DNA of 64,000 nt, taken from Tubulanus polymorphus. Taxonomy: Eukaryota > Animalia > Nemertea. This document shows positions 11,481-24,439 of this stretch, piece after piece; position 1 is the stretch's first letter, and every line of letters begins with the position of its first letter. The stretch lies in assembly GCF_964204645.1 (NCBI RefSeq), contig NC_134030.1, positions 11,987,947 through 12,051,946 of the forward strand, given 5' to 3'. Below the pieces are notes generated by a model. That model saw only the letters and a program-made list of their open reading frames with translations. It did not search any database and was not told the origin of the DNA. The position numbers and the translations under genes are program-made.

Positions 11481-13624
11481 TAATCTTTTTATTTATACAA
11501 TTTAATCCAAATGAATTATTTATTGTTGCAGTTTTAATCAAATTATTATAACAAATTATATTTCCCATCTTTAATACTAAATCATTAGAAATAATTAATA
11601 AATTAGGGCCTATACAATAATTTAATCTAATATGGGATATATCTAAATAATTTTGATATCTTACAATGTTTTCTGGAATCGATCTATTTTTATCATTATG
11701 AATTGAATCTTCAAATAATACTTTAAATTGTTTCTGCGCATCAAATAAAGTATTATCATTCCCAACTATTGGGGATCTTGTTTTAACTTTTGATCCTTAA
11801 ATACAAATTAAATATATTCGAATAGATTGATTTATTCTTTGTATTCCAGACTTGGTAAAACCTTCACTATTTTCTAAAATAAAATAAACCCAACCATTGC
11901 CATTATCAATTTTATAATTATGATAAGCTGAAATTCTATGCATATAATCAATTCTCCTTATTTCATACTGTTCACCAATACCTTGCAATTTACCATGCGT
12001 TCTAAAATCGGAATTGATATTTATATTAAATTCATTACATAGCTTATAAAACTTAGATAGATTAATATTATTATCCAATTTTTTAAAATATTTCGATCCA
12101 GGTAAAGGACATTCTAATTCATTTAATATAATTCTGGTTTGAAAATACGTGTGAAATCTAAAGATTGCATGAACTAATTTTAAATAAGAATAATTCAAAT
12201 TTTTATCTAAATTATTAAGATGATTGTTCCAACTTATACCACATCCTGTTGTTACACAATAAACAGCAAAATGTAATTGATTCTGCCAATATTTCATATT
12301 AGATTTTATTTTATATACATTATATTCATCCCGAGTAAAAGTAACTTCATATGTATTAAATATATTTTCCATTCTAGAAATAAAGACTTTGTTTCAGTAA
12401 CATAAATTTCTAAATTAACTAATGAATTTAAAACTAAATTTTTATATGTGATATTTTTATTGAAATCTACTGCGGGAATATTATATTTAATTGGTTTATT
12501 ATATTGGAAAGCTTTTGGAAACCCCATTTATATAATAAAAGAAATTAATAATTAATTAGTTCTTTTAATAATTTATCTTGTTCTTCAACTGTTATATTAC
12601 CATTTAAACTAATAATATAATCTAATGTATTTTTTAATTTATTAATTTCCGGTTAAAAGACTTGAACTTAATCCTAGCACGCCAATTGATATAGGTGTTA
12701 ATTGTGAGAATATTGCTAAAAATGTTATTACAGAACTAATTTTAACGGAATCACTAATAATAAAGTAATATATAATTTTACTTTTTAAATATTTTTTCTT
12801 TTTATTTTTTAAAATCATTTTCAAATTCTAATATTTGTTTTTCCAAATATAATTTTAATTTAGTTTTACTGATATCATGAGGAATAATATCAATATTATC
12901 AACTTTATCATCCATTTATTTAACAAAAAATAATATATAATTAATTAGTAAATTTATATGCAACAAATACAACAACAACTGTTCCATCTAAAATCCAAAT
13001 TATTTCATACTTCTTCTGTTCATTACTTGGGGTATATTAATCCGATAATTTAGGTATATATAGATGTAATTTTTCTTTGTTACTGCGTTATATAAACTCA
13101 TTGCATCATCGACTGATTGAAAATCTCTATGTGAAATTTTCTGATCATATAATTCTTTGTTAATATAATCCATATAGTTTTGTCTCTTTTCTCTGTATTC
13201 TTCCGCTGCTTTATTATATTTTTCTAATGCTAAATTATGTCTTTTCTGTTCTGATAATGAAGCATTTTTATCAATATGCTTAAATAAATACCCACCACCT
13301 GTAAATGCTTAAGCGTTAACAATTGCCGATCCTATAATAGTTATAACTGCAGATGCCATTTATTTAATAAAAATCATGTGTTTATAGGAGGAATATATTT
13401 TTGTTTTCCAAATAATCAACTGTTAAATTAGATTAATAATCAACTGTTAAATTAGATAAAGTAACTGCTAACGTTAATTTTAAAACATAATTTATATCAA
13501 ATCTATCAACATTAATACTACCCATTCTGTATACTTTTTTTAATACCATTGTATAACCAACAGTTCCCACTGATAATAATGCTACATTATATAATCCAGT
13601 TATTATCCACTTATTATCACTCAT

Positions 13625-13966
13625 TTATTTATAAAAAAAAGCACCTTCTTCAAAATATTTAGTTATCTTATTTATGATTATTTCAACATTTATTTCATTA
13701 CTACCTTTATGATTATCATATATTTTGGATAATATATTTTTAATATCATCGATAATGCCATCTTCATTTAATTCATAATATTCTAAAGATGTTTTAATTA
13801 AATCAATTTCTTTTTCTATATTATAATTTTCTTTATTAATCATTGATGCATTATTAAATGATTTACTATTAATATCAGTAATTACATCATTTAGTTTAAT
13901 TCTCATTTCTTTAACATGTTTAAAATCAAACCCAAAACATATACTCGGTCCAACAGTTATATTCAT
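13625..13966 (-). CDS. small Polinton protein (113 aa)
   Basis: Intact ORF with TAAATG start; homolog in copy A. Confidence 0.55.
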   Translation of the reverse strand: MNITVGPSICFGFDFKHVKEMRIKLNDVITDINSKSFNNASMINKENYNIEKEIDLIKTSLEYYELNEDGIIDDIKNILSKIYDNHKGSNEINVEIIINKITKYFEEGAFFYK

Positions 13967-15113
13967 TTATATATCAAAAAAAATTACTCTACATCTTAAA
14001 CTAATTCATAAATTACAGGAAAGTTATTCAAATCAATTGAATATCCATTGTGATTTCTAATTTCTAATCTAAAGTTATTACATTGAGGAATGCATGGTTT
14101 GAAATCACACTCGGCTAAATTATAATTTATTTGTGTTCCAAATTCTTTAACATTCTTCAATGGTAAAATATTCAATAAACCAGAATTACATATTGTATCT
14201 TTAGTTGCTTCAAATGTCTTGGTAGGATCAATTAAATTGCAATAAATATAAAGATGCGTAAAAGGCATTATATTTGGTGTAGCATCAGCATTACGTATCC
14301 TTACATCTGAGTTTAGCTAAAGGTTTTTTAACTAGAAATTGTTGTTGATCTTCATTGCCTAATTTTATTCTAATTTTATCAGAGCTTTTAATAAGTCTTT
14401 ATCCAAATCCAGCAGATGCACCCATTTTTAAGCGTGCTCTTTTATTAATTTCTTGAGCTTATGTTTCTAAATTATATAATCCTGGTTTAAGATAAAGATG
14501 AAACCATCTATTTTTATTTCTATCATGAATTAAAAAGACAATATGTTCAATACTTTTATCCGATATATTATAAAATGAGTTACATAAACTAATATTTACT
14601 AATTTTAAATCAACACAATCTTTAAATTCTCTAATTGCACTAGTAAATTATGAGATTTATAATTTGTAAGTCTTCTAGAATCAACAAATATTCTGTATTC
14701 TTTTAATTCTACCATTTGTTTTACATATTTTTTATTCGAAATCTATATCATGGTGCCCTTTTTCATTCTTACCTGTGTATATAAAATAGAAATCACCAGA
14801 ACATAATTCTTCTAAATCTTCACTTGATAGTCTATGAAATCTATCTGGTTAAATGTTCTGAATTTATATTTATTTCCTTTTAATCCCTCATATTCTAAGT
14901 GAATAACTAATTTATCTCCATATTTGTTAGTAACTGTATCAATATTTGTAATTAGATATTTCTTGTGAATTGTTAATTCTGTTAACTTTTTGAATTTTTA
15001 ATCTTCTGATTTAGCATTTGTAGTATCTTTTATTCTAACAAAGAATGATTTGTTGTTCTCGCTGTGTACTTGTTTACTCTCCATTTTAATAACATATTTT
15101 TTATTAAAATTGA

Positions 15114-15622
15114 TTAACATGTTAGCATTCTTTTAATAATCTCATTCTCTTTTGTCTCTTCCCTTTTAAATTTTAGATATTCATCTAAATTACAACCATA
15201 AGCAACTGTATGAATTCCATAATCTAAAATATATCTTTTATCATCGAATGGGTTCAAACTAACTTTTTCTATTTCTTCAATAAACATTTCGTGATCTTCT
15301 GATCTTAAACATTTCACCTCATGTTTTCTAACTTCTTCATTGAATATACAATTGATGTAATCTTTGAAATGAATATTCTTTTTGACAACGCTTTTGGTAA
15401 TTCCTTTTAACTTTTTAGCTTCATGTTCTTTAGTTCGATAACTATACATTTTATATCGAATACCTATAAATTCTATCATTTCTTCACCACCTAATTCATC
15501 TTTGAATTTTCCAGGCACCGTTTTATTATCATTGTCAAACAATTCATGATTTTTAGGATAATTACTTAAGTCGAAATGATGTTTTAATGTTTTTAAATCA
15601 TCTGTTATATTATTAGTTTTTT
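15114..15622 (-). pseudogene. pPolB C-terminal fragment (copy B)
   Basis: PGKFKDELGG...KKLKGI...LNPFDDKRY; similarity to copy A stops abruptly at ~15622. Confidence 0.85.
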
Positions 15623-15989
15623 GACGCCTTATAAAACGTTACCATTATGAAACCTAAACAATGATAACCATTCAGCGTCATTTTACAAACGACAACCGGT
15701 AATCGATGTGCAAAACGTCACAGGTTTATGTGTACACATACAAGCTATTTGGCAAAATATTATTGATAAAGATGTAGAATGGCTCCCTGGGATTATATAA
15801 TGACCTCTATTTGAACGTCGAAATGTTATATCGCATTGAATATCATGAGAAGAAGTATTGTAATAGTAAAGGATGTATGATTATATCAGGAGCAGCAGGG
15901 ATTAATAGAAATGATAAGTAAATCGGATTATTCGGTTAAATGGCGGATGTATACACGATTTGGAAGTCTGATATAAAAGTCAGACCCTT

Positions 15990-18900
15990 TATATATTGGT
16001 TACAAAAAGAACAGAGAGACATGTGACAGGCAGGTGCCAAATTGGTCATTGTTTAATACGTTAGTGGGCATCTGTCTGAGCACGGATTTACGAATTACTA
16101 GACAAACAAATGGGCAGATAGTTATAGCATGGATAAAATAATACGACTTAAGATACAATAATATCAAAGTAGAAAAGGCTTTGTTATAATTGTGATTAGA
16201 GTTATAGATTAACGGACCCCCGTTCGACTTTAACACTATATAAGTACTGGTGGTGGATGTTCATGTTACATGATTTATTTAAAAATTTTACACATTTGGA
16301 AGTATTAGGATTTCTGCGTATGTTTCTCGGAATAAATCTCCCCCGTTCTTCTCTGTAGAAAGGGCAGATAAGAAGTACATGAAATTCGTCTTCTACTACA
16401 TTCATGCTACATTACTGACAAAGTCTCTCATTATATGGAATTAGGGGTCGTGACCAACGCCCAGTTTCAACATAAAAAGTATGACTTCAGCATCTGAATC
16501 TGGCAGTTGTAACTCTAACATGTTTTGGTAAATTAAGGTACGATTCATGGGAAATGGTTGTTTTGAAATTTCTATAAAATTTAGTTTTATTTGAATTATT
16601 GATCCAGTTATACCATTTTTGTGAAAACTGGTCTTTAATGCGTTGCTCAATAGAGCTAGAAAACCATCATTCATTATCTATAGATTGATTATACCATACA
16701 TTGCCGTAGTCTAAATAACATAAAAGGTCTCTCACTTGAGATGTCCAATTGACTAAGTGTGGTTGACTGTATATCAGCTAGCATTACATCGTACAAATGC
16801 CGAGTTAATTTGCTTGTCTTAGCTTTCAATATCTTTGCCCAGTACTTTATGATTTGTGTTTGGAATTGTACGAAAAGAGGAAAAATACCAAATTCGTCAT
16901 AGACAAAGAAATCCGGCGTCGTTTGTTTAACTCCCATTAGCAGTTTACAGTACTTAGTCACTATCCTCTCCAATTTCTGCTGATGTTGGAAACCCCATAT
17001 TTCACACCCGTAATGAAGCACAGGTACGACCATACTTTAGAAAAATTTCAAGGCTAATTCCGCCGTAATATTTGGGAATTTTTGTATATTTTCAAAAATG
17101 CATAATAGGATGCTACTCCTTTATCTAAGATGGCATCTATGGCTGCTTTATGTTTGCCATTAAAGTTAAATACAAGACCAAGGTATTTGAAACTATTAGT
17201 ACACTCAATGAGTCGTCTATTTACATAAAAATTGGGTAACCTTGTTTTGATAGATTTCCGAAATATTACGATCTTCGTTTCATCGTAATTAATTTCTAAA
17301 CCATTTTATCTGCAATATTCATAAGTATTATTGAGAGCATCTTGTAAACTTCCTTCAGAGCCAGCTAATACGGCTGTATCATCTGCATAAAGGAGTAGCA
17401 TCACTTTTAACAATCCAATGTCAACACCTTCATAGTTGTCCGATCGGATACATTCCTCCACGTCATTGATAAACAAGGAGAATAGTAAAGGAGATAAACA
17501 TTCTCCTTGTCGTTCCCCTACATTACAGGTAAAAGAAAATCAGAAAATGTATTGTTAGTGTAACCGGCTGGTTGTTGTATCGGCAGGCTGGCTGGGGAAC
17601 TAGCATTTACACCAGCGGTACAGGATTCCATCCATCAGGAACAACAAGGCAGTTAAACCTTATATGTACAATCTTTATTGCATCCCGGAATGAGAATGAT
17701 TATCATAGCTTTACATAGTCTTTATATACAGAATCATGAGTATAATGTGAGAACTAGGTGTCAGACAAGTTGTAGACATCAGGACTCACAAACAAACACC
17801 TAGTGACATGTTTGAGAGACATTGATTAATTATCGATGAGCACTGGCTATAGCTAATTATCGTGAAAACATGTTGAGTAATGTCACATGTTGATTACGAC
17901 CTTAAAGCACATATTGACACTATAGTCATAAGTTATATTATATTATTATTATTATTATTATCATTATCATTAATATGTAGTAGAGCTATGAAATATTATG
18001 AACTGTTCGATATGACATTGTAGATCTATATGATTATGAAATATGCAAATTATATCAGGGTGACATTAGCCTTGATACAAGATCTTGTATTTGGTTACAT
18101 AGATTTTATAATTCGTAAAATCTTTCCGTCGATACCAGATAATACAAGTTGTTGAAGAAGCTTTCTTCGGTCTACCAGATCGAAAGCTTTCGTAAAATCT
18201 AAAAAGGCTACACCGAATCTAAAAAGGCTACACCGAGCTTTCTATGTTTAGCGTAAACTACATGATTTATGATAGCATTCAAAACAAAAATTTGATCCGC
18301 CGTGCTATATGACGATCGGAAACCCGCTTGAGATTCACTTAGAATGGAGAATGCATCGCACCAGGAGGATAACCTACTGTTTAATATGGTGGAAAATAGT
18401 TTTCCAAACAATGATAAGATGGTGATACCCCTATAGTTATTACCTATATTACGTAGACCACTTTTAATGAATAGGAACAATATATCCCAAGCTCCACCAT
18501 TCAGGATAGACACCGCTGTCTAAAATAATGTTGAATAAAATAGTTAACTGATGTAAAATCGAGTTCCCACCGACTATAATTTCATCTTTTAGGCCATCAA
18601 TACCGACTGATTTGTTTCTTTTCAGTGATTTTATAGCCCGTGAGACTTCGTCTTGTGTAATAGGTGCATATCAAGTATATGATCAGTATCCAGAAAATCA
18701 TCGAATAAATCTCCCTCCTTGTCATTTTGGTATGAAAGATTCTGAAAATGTGTATAAAGTGCCTCGGGATTAGGCAGAATGTTCTCCTCGTGCTTACAAC
18801 CTTTAAACTTTGACCATAGGTTTGGGGTATTACCGGATTGCAAATCATCAAGTAAATCGTTTAGATTCTGTTCCTCGAAAGTTCTTTAAGCATTATTTAT

Positions 18901-19384
18901 GGCAGTTTTATACTCAGCCCTGGCCTCTCTTACCAAATAGTGATTAAATTCGCTAGAGTACAATTTATAACTATGTACTTTAGTTCTGGCTTTTCTACAT
19001 GTGGCATTATACCATGTTCTCGACTGACTAGTTGCGCGGTCACATATAGCTGGGCCGTGTATGTCACTGACGGCTGATTGTAACTACGAGGGGAATTCAT
19101 TCACCAATTTGTCTATAAAGCTAACGTCATGGTTTCTATTGACGCCAGAGTTGATTATATCAATGAGCGTTGACTGGACATGGTCTGACCAAATGTACTG
19201 ACGAAAATCTTCTTCCTTCGCTTTACGCCGTCTAAATTTTTTGCAAATAGTTTTTTTTGCTAACAGACGCATTTGAGGAATTGTTTGGTTCAATATCATT
19301 AGATTGGCTACGTATTGAGATTTGGATGATAGAATGGTCAGTGAAAGGAAGTTGTTCTGATCTGAAATATTAAACCTAGTAAGA
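15990..19384 (-). mobile_element. non-LTR retrotransposon (LINE) ORF2, 3' part (end of APE, RT, C-terminal cysteine motif), degenerate
   Basis: NNYRGITILS, QAGFR, AFDLVDR, QGECLSPLLFSLFIND, LLLYADD (~17375-17400), YGCEIWG, EDEFHVLLICP; the left boundary is approximate. Confidence 0.85.
17559..18065 (-). mobile_element. solo LTR (507 bp, TG...CA) with 4-bp TSD TTAG, inserted in the LINE RT
   Basis: TTAG at 17555-17558 and 18066-18069; reverse complement of the LTR at 51917-52432; removing it restores the RT sequence RSCIKANNTF. Confidence 0.92.
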
Positions 19385-19716
19385 TGATACGTCGGAGACT
19401 AGCTCAGAAAAGCTCCAGGTTCCGTAAAATGAAACAATGTCCAATCATGAATTTGAGATATACGAGTTTATTCAACCGGCTGGTCCGGATGAGTGTGGGT
19501 GTGAGAATGGCTAATGATCGAGGGAGGGGTGCTACTATATATTCTAACATGATAGGAGTAGAGAATCTCACCGTCGGGATCGGAATTCCTTACCCGATAC
19601 GGTAAACTGACCGACGGTTCAACTCTCTACATGAAATGAATGAGGAGGTGAAATGAAGATGGATCATGGAATGAAATGATGTAAATACACACAACATATA
19701 CATGGGCTATATATCA
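19385..19716 (-). repeat. 3' LTR (332 bp) of the env-Gypsy
   Basis: Inverted termini TGATA...TATCA, preceded on minus by the purine tract GGAAGGTGGGG; internal TATA-like motif and AATAAA. No partner LTR in the window. Confidence 0.7.
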
Positions 19717-21632
19717 GTTGCCCCACCTTCCAAGGATTCGACCCCGAATCGTTAAAATGAAATCATAATGCATATAGTATAGATGCACATAGCAGATGAA
19801 CAATTAATTGATAGTATAGCAAGATTAATAGCAAAATGTAAATAGTAGATAATATGTAGACAGTCGGCAGTATGTAAATAGTGAATAATAAATCTCATAT
19901 GTAAATAGTAAACAATAAATCTCAATCCCCTGGATCACTATACAAGAAAAAAATTAATCCTTGCATCCGCATATCCGGTGATCGCAAAACGCAGTCAGTC
20001 CATAATTGTACCTGGTATTGACTCGAAACGAATGGTCTAACTGTTCACTTAATTGACGCTGTACGCAGTTCTTTTCGAATCACCCGCGAGATTATGGAAG
20101 AGCCAGCATAGTAGTTATGATAATACGGATTGTAGGCGTGTCGATAATTGGATAATTACGTGTCCGGTTCAGGTGAGTGGATCAGTGGAGCCAGAATAAC
20201 ACTCACAGTTTGCTGCGGATGGTGCCACAATAAATTACTTGCATCACTGATACCTCACGCGATAAGCGGATAGATAAACACCTCGTGCGAGATTCCTCCG
20301 ACCATAACGTAACGCACTGTTTATATATTTATATATAGACTAATAATTTGTTCTGCGCTTTTGCATATGTTGACGATTAATTATAGGCGCATGCTTCGGT
20401 TTATCTGACGTAAGTACACCAAGTGGTTAGGCGTTCGCTAATCGTCTTCTGCAGCAAGGCAATGTTTCGTTTTAAAAATACCGGCAAACCGTTCAATGAT
20501 TGAAAGTAAACATGGCCTTCAGCGAGCATAACGTGTACTGGCCGCTCGCTTTCCGATGTAATTCACCGCCATATAAGTCGGAAGTGTATCGATATTGTAT
20601 CTTAGTCGGATTCCGAACGAGCGTCGAAATGAAATCGTTAGACCGACGAAATACGCAAAAGTCCAGCATCTGTTCACCGCGAATTTTGTTCACCGCTCAC
20701 CAGTTGTGGATTCTACGCATTCTGCTGTTTTCGAAGTTTTCTCGCTAGTGATCCAGAGAATCAATAATATTCTACGCACAATAAATCTGAATATAGCAAA
20801 ACATGTTTTTTTTTTTTTTTTTTTTTTTGACATTTAATTTATCTAATCACTAAATTTTCGTCACTAATTTATCGCCTTTACCCAAACGTACCGGAGTTGA
20901 TGACACAAAAACGCGTCAGTTGATTATCAAGATACATTTCGTTACAGCAGACTCTCCTAGAGTGACCTAATCGATTATGTCTCACAGATTTATTATCATT
21001 TAGATACTTTTACCACAAACGTACTACGTCTTAGCCGTATAATATACACATTCATATTCTTAAGCCTTTTTAATACTTTCAATGCATATATGTATTCATT
21101 TTCCTTAAATTTTACTATTCTCGATATCTGTGAAATTGAGCATTACTTTAACTATACGACACAAATATCATTGTTTAACACTGTATTTTCACAAATTAGT
21201 TCTTTTCGTACATAGTCATAGTATTAAGTTAAATGAAGTTACTATCCTCATTTTTATGCATTCTGTGAAGTGCTCGACCAATTTATATAACTAATATTCG
21301 AGATCGAAGTTAGTAGGGCTACCCTAACAAATCCATGCTGATGAAACTCGTGAAACTGTGGGGAATCGAACCCCCTACTGTAAGACATGCTTGTCCCAGC
21401 AGTCGCCGCTTCCAGGATCACGGTCAAGCATAGTTCGGCAGGCGTGAACTCTGTTTAAAATCCAATCCGATAGTTACGTAGTAGTAAAGTAAAGTAAAAA
21501 GGTAAACAACTAGCATATCGATCAGTATCATTCGAGGAACAATCTTCCGAGTAAGGAAAGTAATGTTGTTACTCAGGGCTGCAACAGCATGTGCAAGATA
21601 CCTGTTAACATATGTTACATTAATAATCTAAA

Positions 21633-24152
21633 CTAAACATGCGTCAGTACAGGTAATGCAATCATTCTGCCGTCAGGGAACGCTAAGTAAATAAAAACAG
21701 AGAAATCGCTGTTTAAAATCCGGCTAACCCGACGGGCTGCAAACCACGGTAGTTTAAAATTAGTGTTCAACTTAATCGGTTTGGTGTTCCCATCAGATTT
21801 TGCGATGAGATGCGATTCTCGCCAATTTATGATTAGGCTAGGTATCCATCCCCGTTTTACATTCACGGCAAGGCCAGTCGGGTGCTGATTCATGCAATAT
21901 GAATGTGGGCAATTGGGCAGCGTCAGCAGATCGATGTTCATGCAATCGTCTAGTGCTGATAAACATAATACTAATTTACAACCAAATTGCCTCTGGTAAA
22001 ATCTTTTTAACAGAAGATGCGCAACCACAACTAACACCTGTGAGATGCAAATTAAGATAAATAGACCAATAAAAATCTGTTTTTCATCCTGAACGGTTGA
22101 CAATATATTTTCTAGGAGTGACGCACTATGAACTGAGTCGTCCTCGCTAGCAGGTGGTCCAAAATGTAGCGGGTGCTTATTTGAGACTAGTTTAAATGCG
22201 TTGGTCGCAGGTAGTTGACCCGATGTAATAACGGCTGCAGCTATTGTTGAAAGAGTTCGCCGCATTAACATGATTAAATAAGTTGAAAATGCGAGTGAAA
22301 TTAAGCTAAGAAACAGAGATATTGACGCCAATAATCGATCCTGACTTATTCCAGGAATAAATGAATCAGTGTCTGTCCATTTCGCAGATAGAAGCGCGTC
22401 CGCCTTAGTAGCGAATAGTTTTACATTTTTGTGACCATTTTCTGTCAGTTTCTTGAAATTAGCGGTGAATTGTCCCTCATTGTGAGCTACCTGGTTCCAA
22501 TTATCCCGAACTAATTTAATCTCCGGTAGAGTCACTTGGTGAATTTGAGACGAGTGACTTTCCGTATCCAAAATTTGTTGCCTCTTATTAAAATCAAGAT
22601 GCTTGAAAAACGCCAAAATAACTGGTAGATTGATTGGGTGTGAATATACCGGTGACATATCATTTTTGTGACAATTTGTCATTTTTGCGGGGATTTTGAA
22701 TTTTGATGATGTTATTCCGCAACCGCACGGTAGTTTTATCAGGCACATTGTGCATGCAGTTATAGCTTTTACAGGCTTACCAGGGCAGGTCATGGACCAC
22801 GACGAGTCCCTGCCGCTTGCTAAGTATGTTCCAGATCCTAAGTCTAGGGCGCCCTCATAGAGCCCGGATTCTTGATACCTAATATCACAACGACGCATGA
22901 TGTTGTTATGATCATTGAAAAAAAGTGCGCTGGCGCAACTAGATACAGAACGCGACCTCATGGACCTAGCTGTCGGACAGGTTTTCACCCCTTTACCTTC
23001 ACACGTGGCATAATCGCCCGTGTCGAGTTCAGTATAAAAGTCGCCCGAATTAGTTACACCTATGTATGCCGGTAGGTCCTTTATTAAAGTGCAGTTATCT
23101 GATGAGGCATTGACTGGTACCGGAATAGCCGATATTGAATATATATTAAATTTGGTGCTAATTTTGGAAATTGGAAATTTGACGGTAATATAAATAGCTC
23201 TGTCTGTCCTGGTGTACAGAATGTCCCGAACCTGATAATAGTGACCAGGGTCCGAATACGATATAGAAAAACCTGGGTAATCTTGGGATAGCATATCACG
23301 GATCGACCCAATTGTATGGGCTATAATTTTGCTAGGGACTAAACTCATCGGCAAATAGCCGTCAACCAGGGTTTGGACACCTGATAGCCAATTGCGTGCC
23401 TCGAGTTCAATTTGCATGGCTGCTTCCTGATAGGCTGCAAAATACTGAATGAAATTGCTGATAACGGAGACTGAGGTGCTAAGATCTGAAATTCGTGCCG
23501 AGTTACGCGAAGATAACTGTGACAGCTTTACAAGATTGGTCTGCAGATATGATATTAAGTTATGGTTATTTCCAATGGCTGTCATGACGTTTTTGAAGCA
23601 AGCAGAAGTTAAATTCATAAATGACGACATTTCGTTTCCTTGTCGAATGAGTTCATTCTGCGTCAATTTGGCAAAATTTTCGAGCTTCTGCACGTGGCCC
23701 CGTATCTCGTTTACTTCGTCCTCGGTGGCCGTTCCAAACAAGCTTTTGGATATGCTACCCACAAAATTTAATAGGCCCCGCTTAGAGCGGGGGGACACAG
23801 ATAATTTTCTGGGCATCAAAAGCTTGATTTCGTTTGACACCGATTGAAACTGTGACGCTGACCGATTGCGTTGCTGTGTTAGTAAGTGTACACACTCGAG
23901 TAGTTGGTGACATACGTCGTCAGCATTTGGCGGACAGACCGGTGGTTTAAAAGAGGGGATCGGATACTTAATCCAAGGTAGTGAGTACGTGTGGCTCCAA
24001 TATGAACCCGCATTATCAATTTGGCTTTGGAAAGAGAAAAGGATGCCGTAATTTTTCCTCAAAATAACTTTTTCGTTGCCGATTTCACCATCTACTCGAT
24101 TGAGCAAAATAAAAAGGTTAATAAAAACTGATAAGACTACCGCGTCGATCAT
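21633..24152 (-). CDS. env: envelope glycoprotein, baculovirus-F/errantivirus-type class I fusogen (839 aa)
   Basis: Signal peptide, furin site RSKR followed by fusion peptide GLLNFVGSISKSLFG, heptad repeats, Cys-rich region, TM; intact ORF. Confidence 0.85.
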   Translation of the reverse strand: MIDAVVLSVFINLFILLNRVDGEIGNEKVILRKNYGILFSFQSQIDNAGSYWSHTYSLPWIKYPIPSFKPPVCPPNADDVCHQLLECVHLLTQQRNRSASQFQSVSNEIKLLMPRKLSVSPRSKRGLLNFVGSISKSLFGTATEDEVNEIRGHVQKLENFAKLTQNELIRQGNEMSSFMNLTSACFKNVMTAIGNNHNLISYLQTNLVKLSQLSSRNSARISDLSTSVSVISNFIQYFAAYQEAAMQIELEARNWLSGVQTLVDGYLPMSLVPSKIIAHTIGSIRDMLSQDYPGFSISYSDPGHYYQVRDILYTRTDRAIYITVKFPISKISTKFNIYSISAIPVPVNASSDNCTLIKDLPAYIGVTNSGDFYTELDTGDYATCEGKGVKTCPTARSMRSRSVSSCASALFFNDHNNIMRRCDIRYQESGLYEGALDLGSGTYLASGRDSSWSMTCPGKPVKAITACTMCLIKLPCGCGITSSKFKIPAKMTNCHKNDMSPVYSHPINLPVILAFFKHLDFNKRQQILDTESHSSQIHQVTLPEIKLVRDNWNQVAHNEGQFTANFKKLTENGHKNVKLFATKADALLSAKWTDTDSFIPGISQDRLLASISLFLSLISLAFSTYLIMLMRRTLSTIAAAVITSGQLPATNAFKLVSNKHPLHFGPPASEDDSVHSASLLENILSTVQDEKQIFIGLFILICISQVLVVVAHLLLKRFYQRQFGCKLVLCLSALDDCMNIDLLTLPNCPHSYCMNQHPTGLAVNVKRGWIPSLIINWRESHLIAKSDGNTKPIKLNTNFKLPWFAARRVSRILNSDFSVFIYLAFPDGRMIALPVLTHV

Positions 24153-24439
24153 CGTGTATAACTGTGTAGATATTCTGTGCCTGAAATAGATTCTGAACGG
24201 TTATAGTTAATTCGTGGATCTAGAAAAAAACACATTCTCTTTCATGTAGCCCGTTCAATAAACTTTCATCTCTCTGTAATCAATAGATAGCATGCATGAG
24301 TACGAGTTAGCGATTCCTATCGTCCAGTGATAATAAATGAAATAATTGTGTATACATATACGAGTAATAAGGGGATATGGGGTACAACGTCGGATATTGC
24401 GCGTACTTAGTTAACCGATGGGTTATTTTTTTTAGCTGA

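Larger units (their letters stand above)
11480..15622 (-). mobile_element. Polinton copy B: inverted, diverged paralog of copy A ~1290-5480
   Basis: Same gene order on the minus strand: pPolB C-terminus 15114-15622, small ORF, minor capsid 13984-14715, small ORFs, membrane ORFs, YWQNQL gene. Confidence 0.85.

Noticed and set aside
1-15622. Bacteriophage or bacterial contaminant origin of the AT-rich block
   Set aside because: The pPolB + rve integrase + A32 ATPase + capsid set is Polinton-type and is interleaved with LINE and Gypsy elements.
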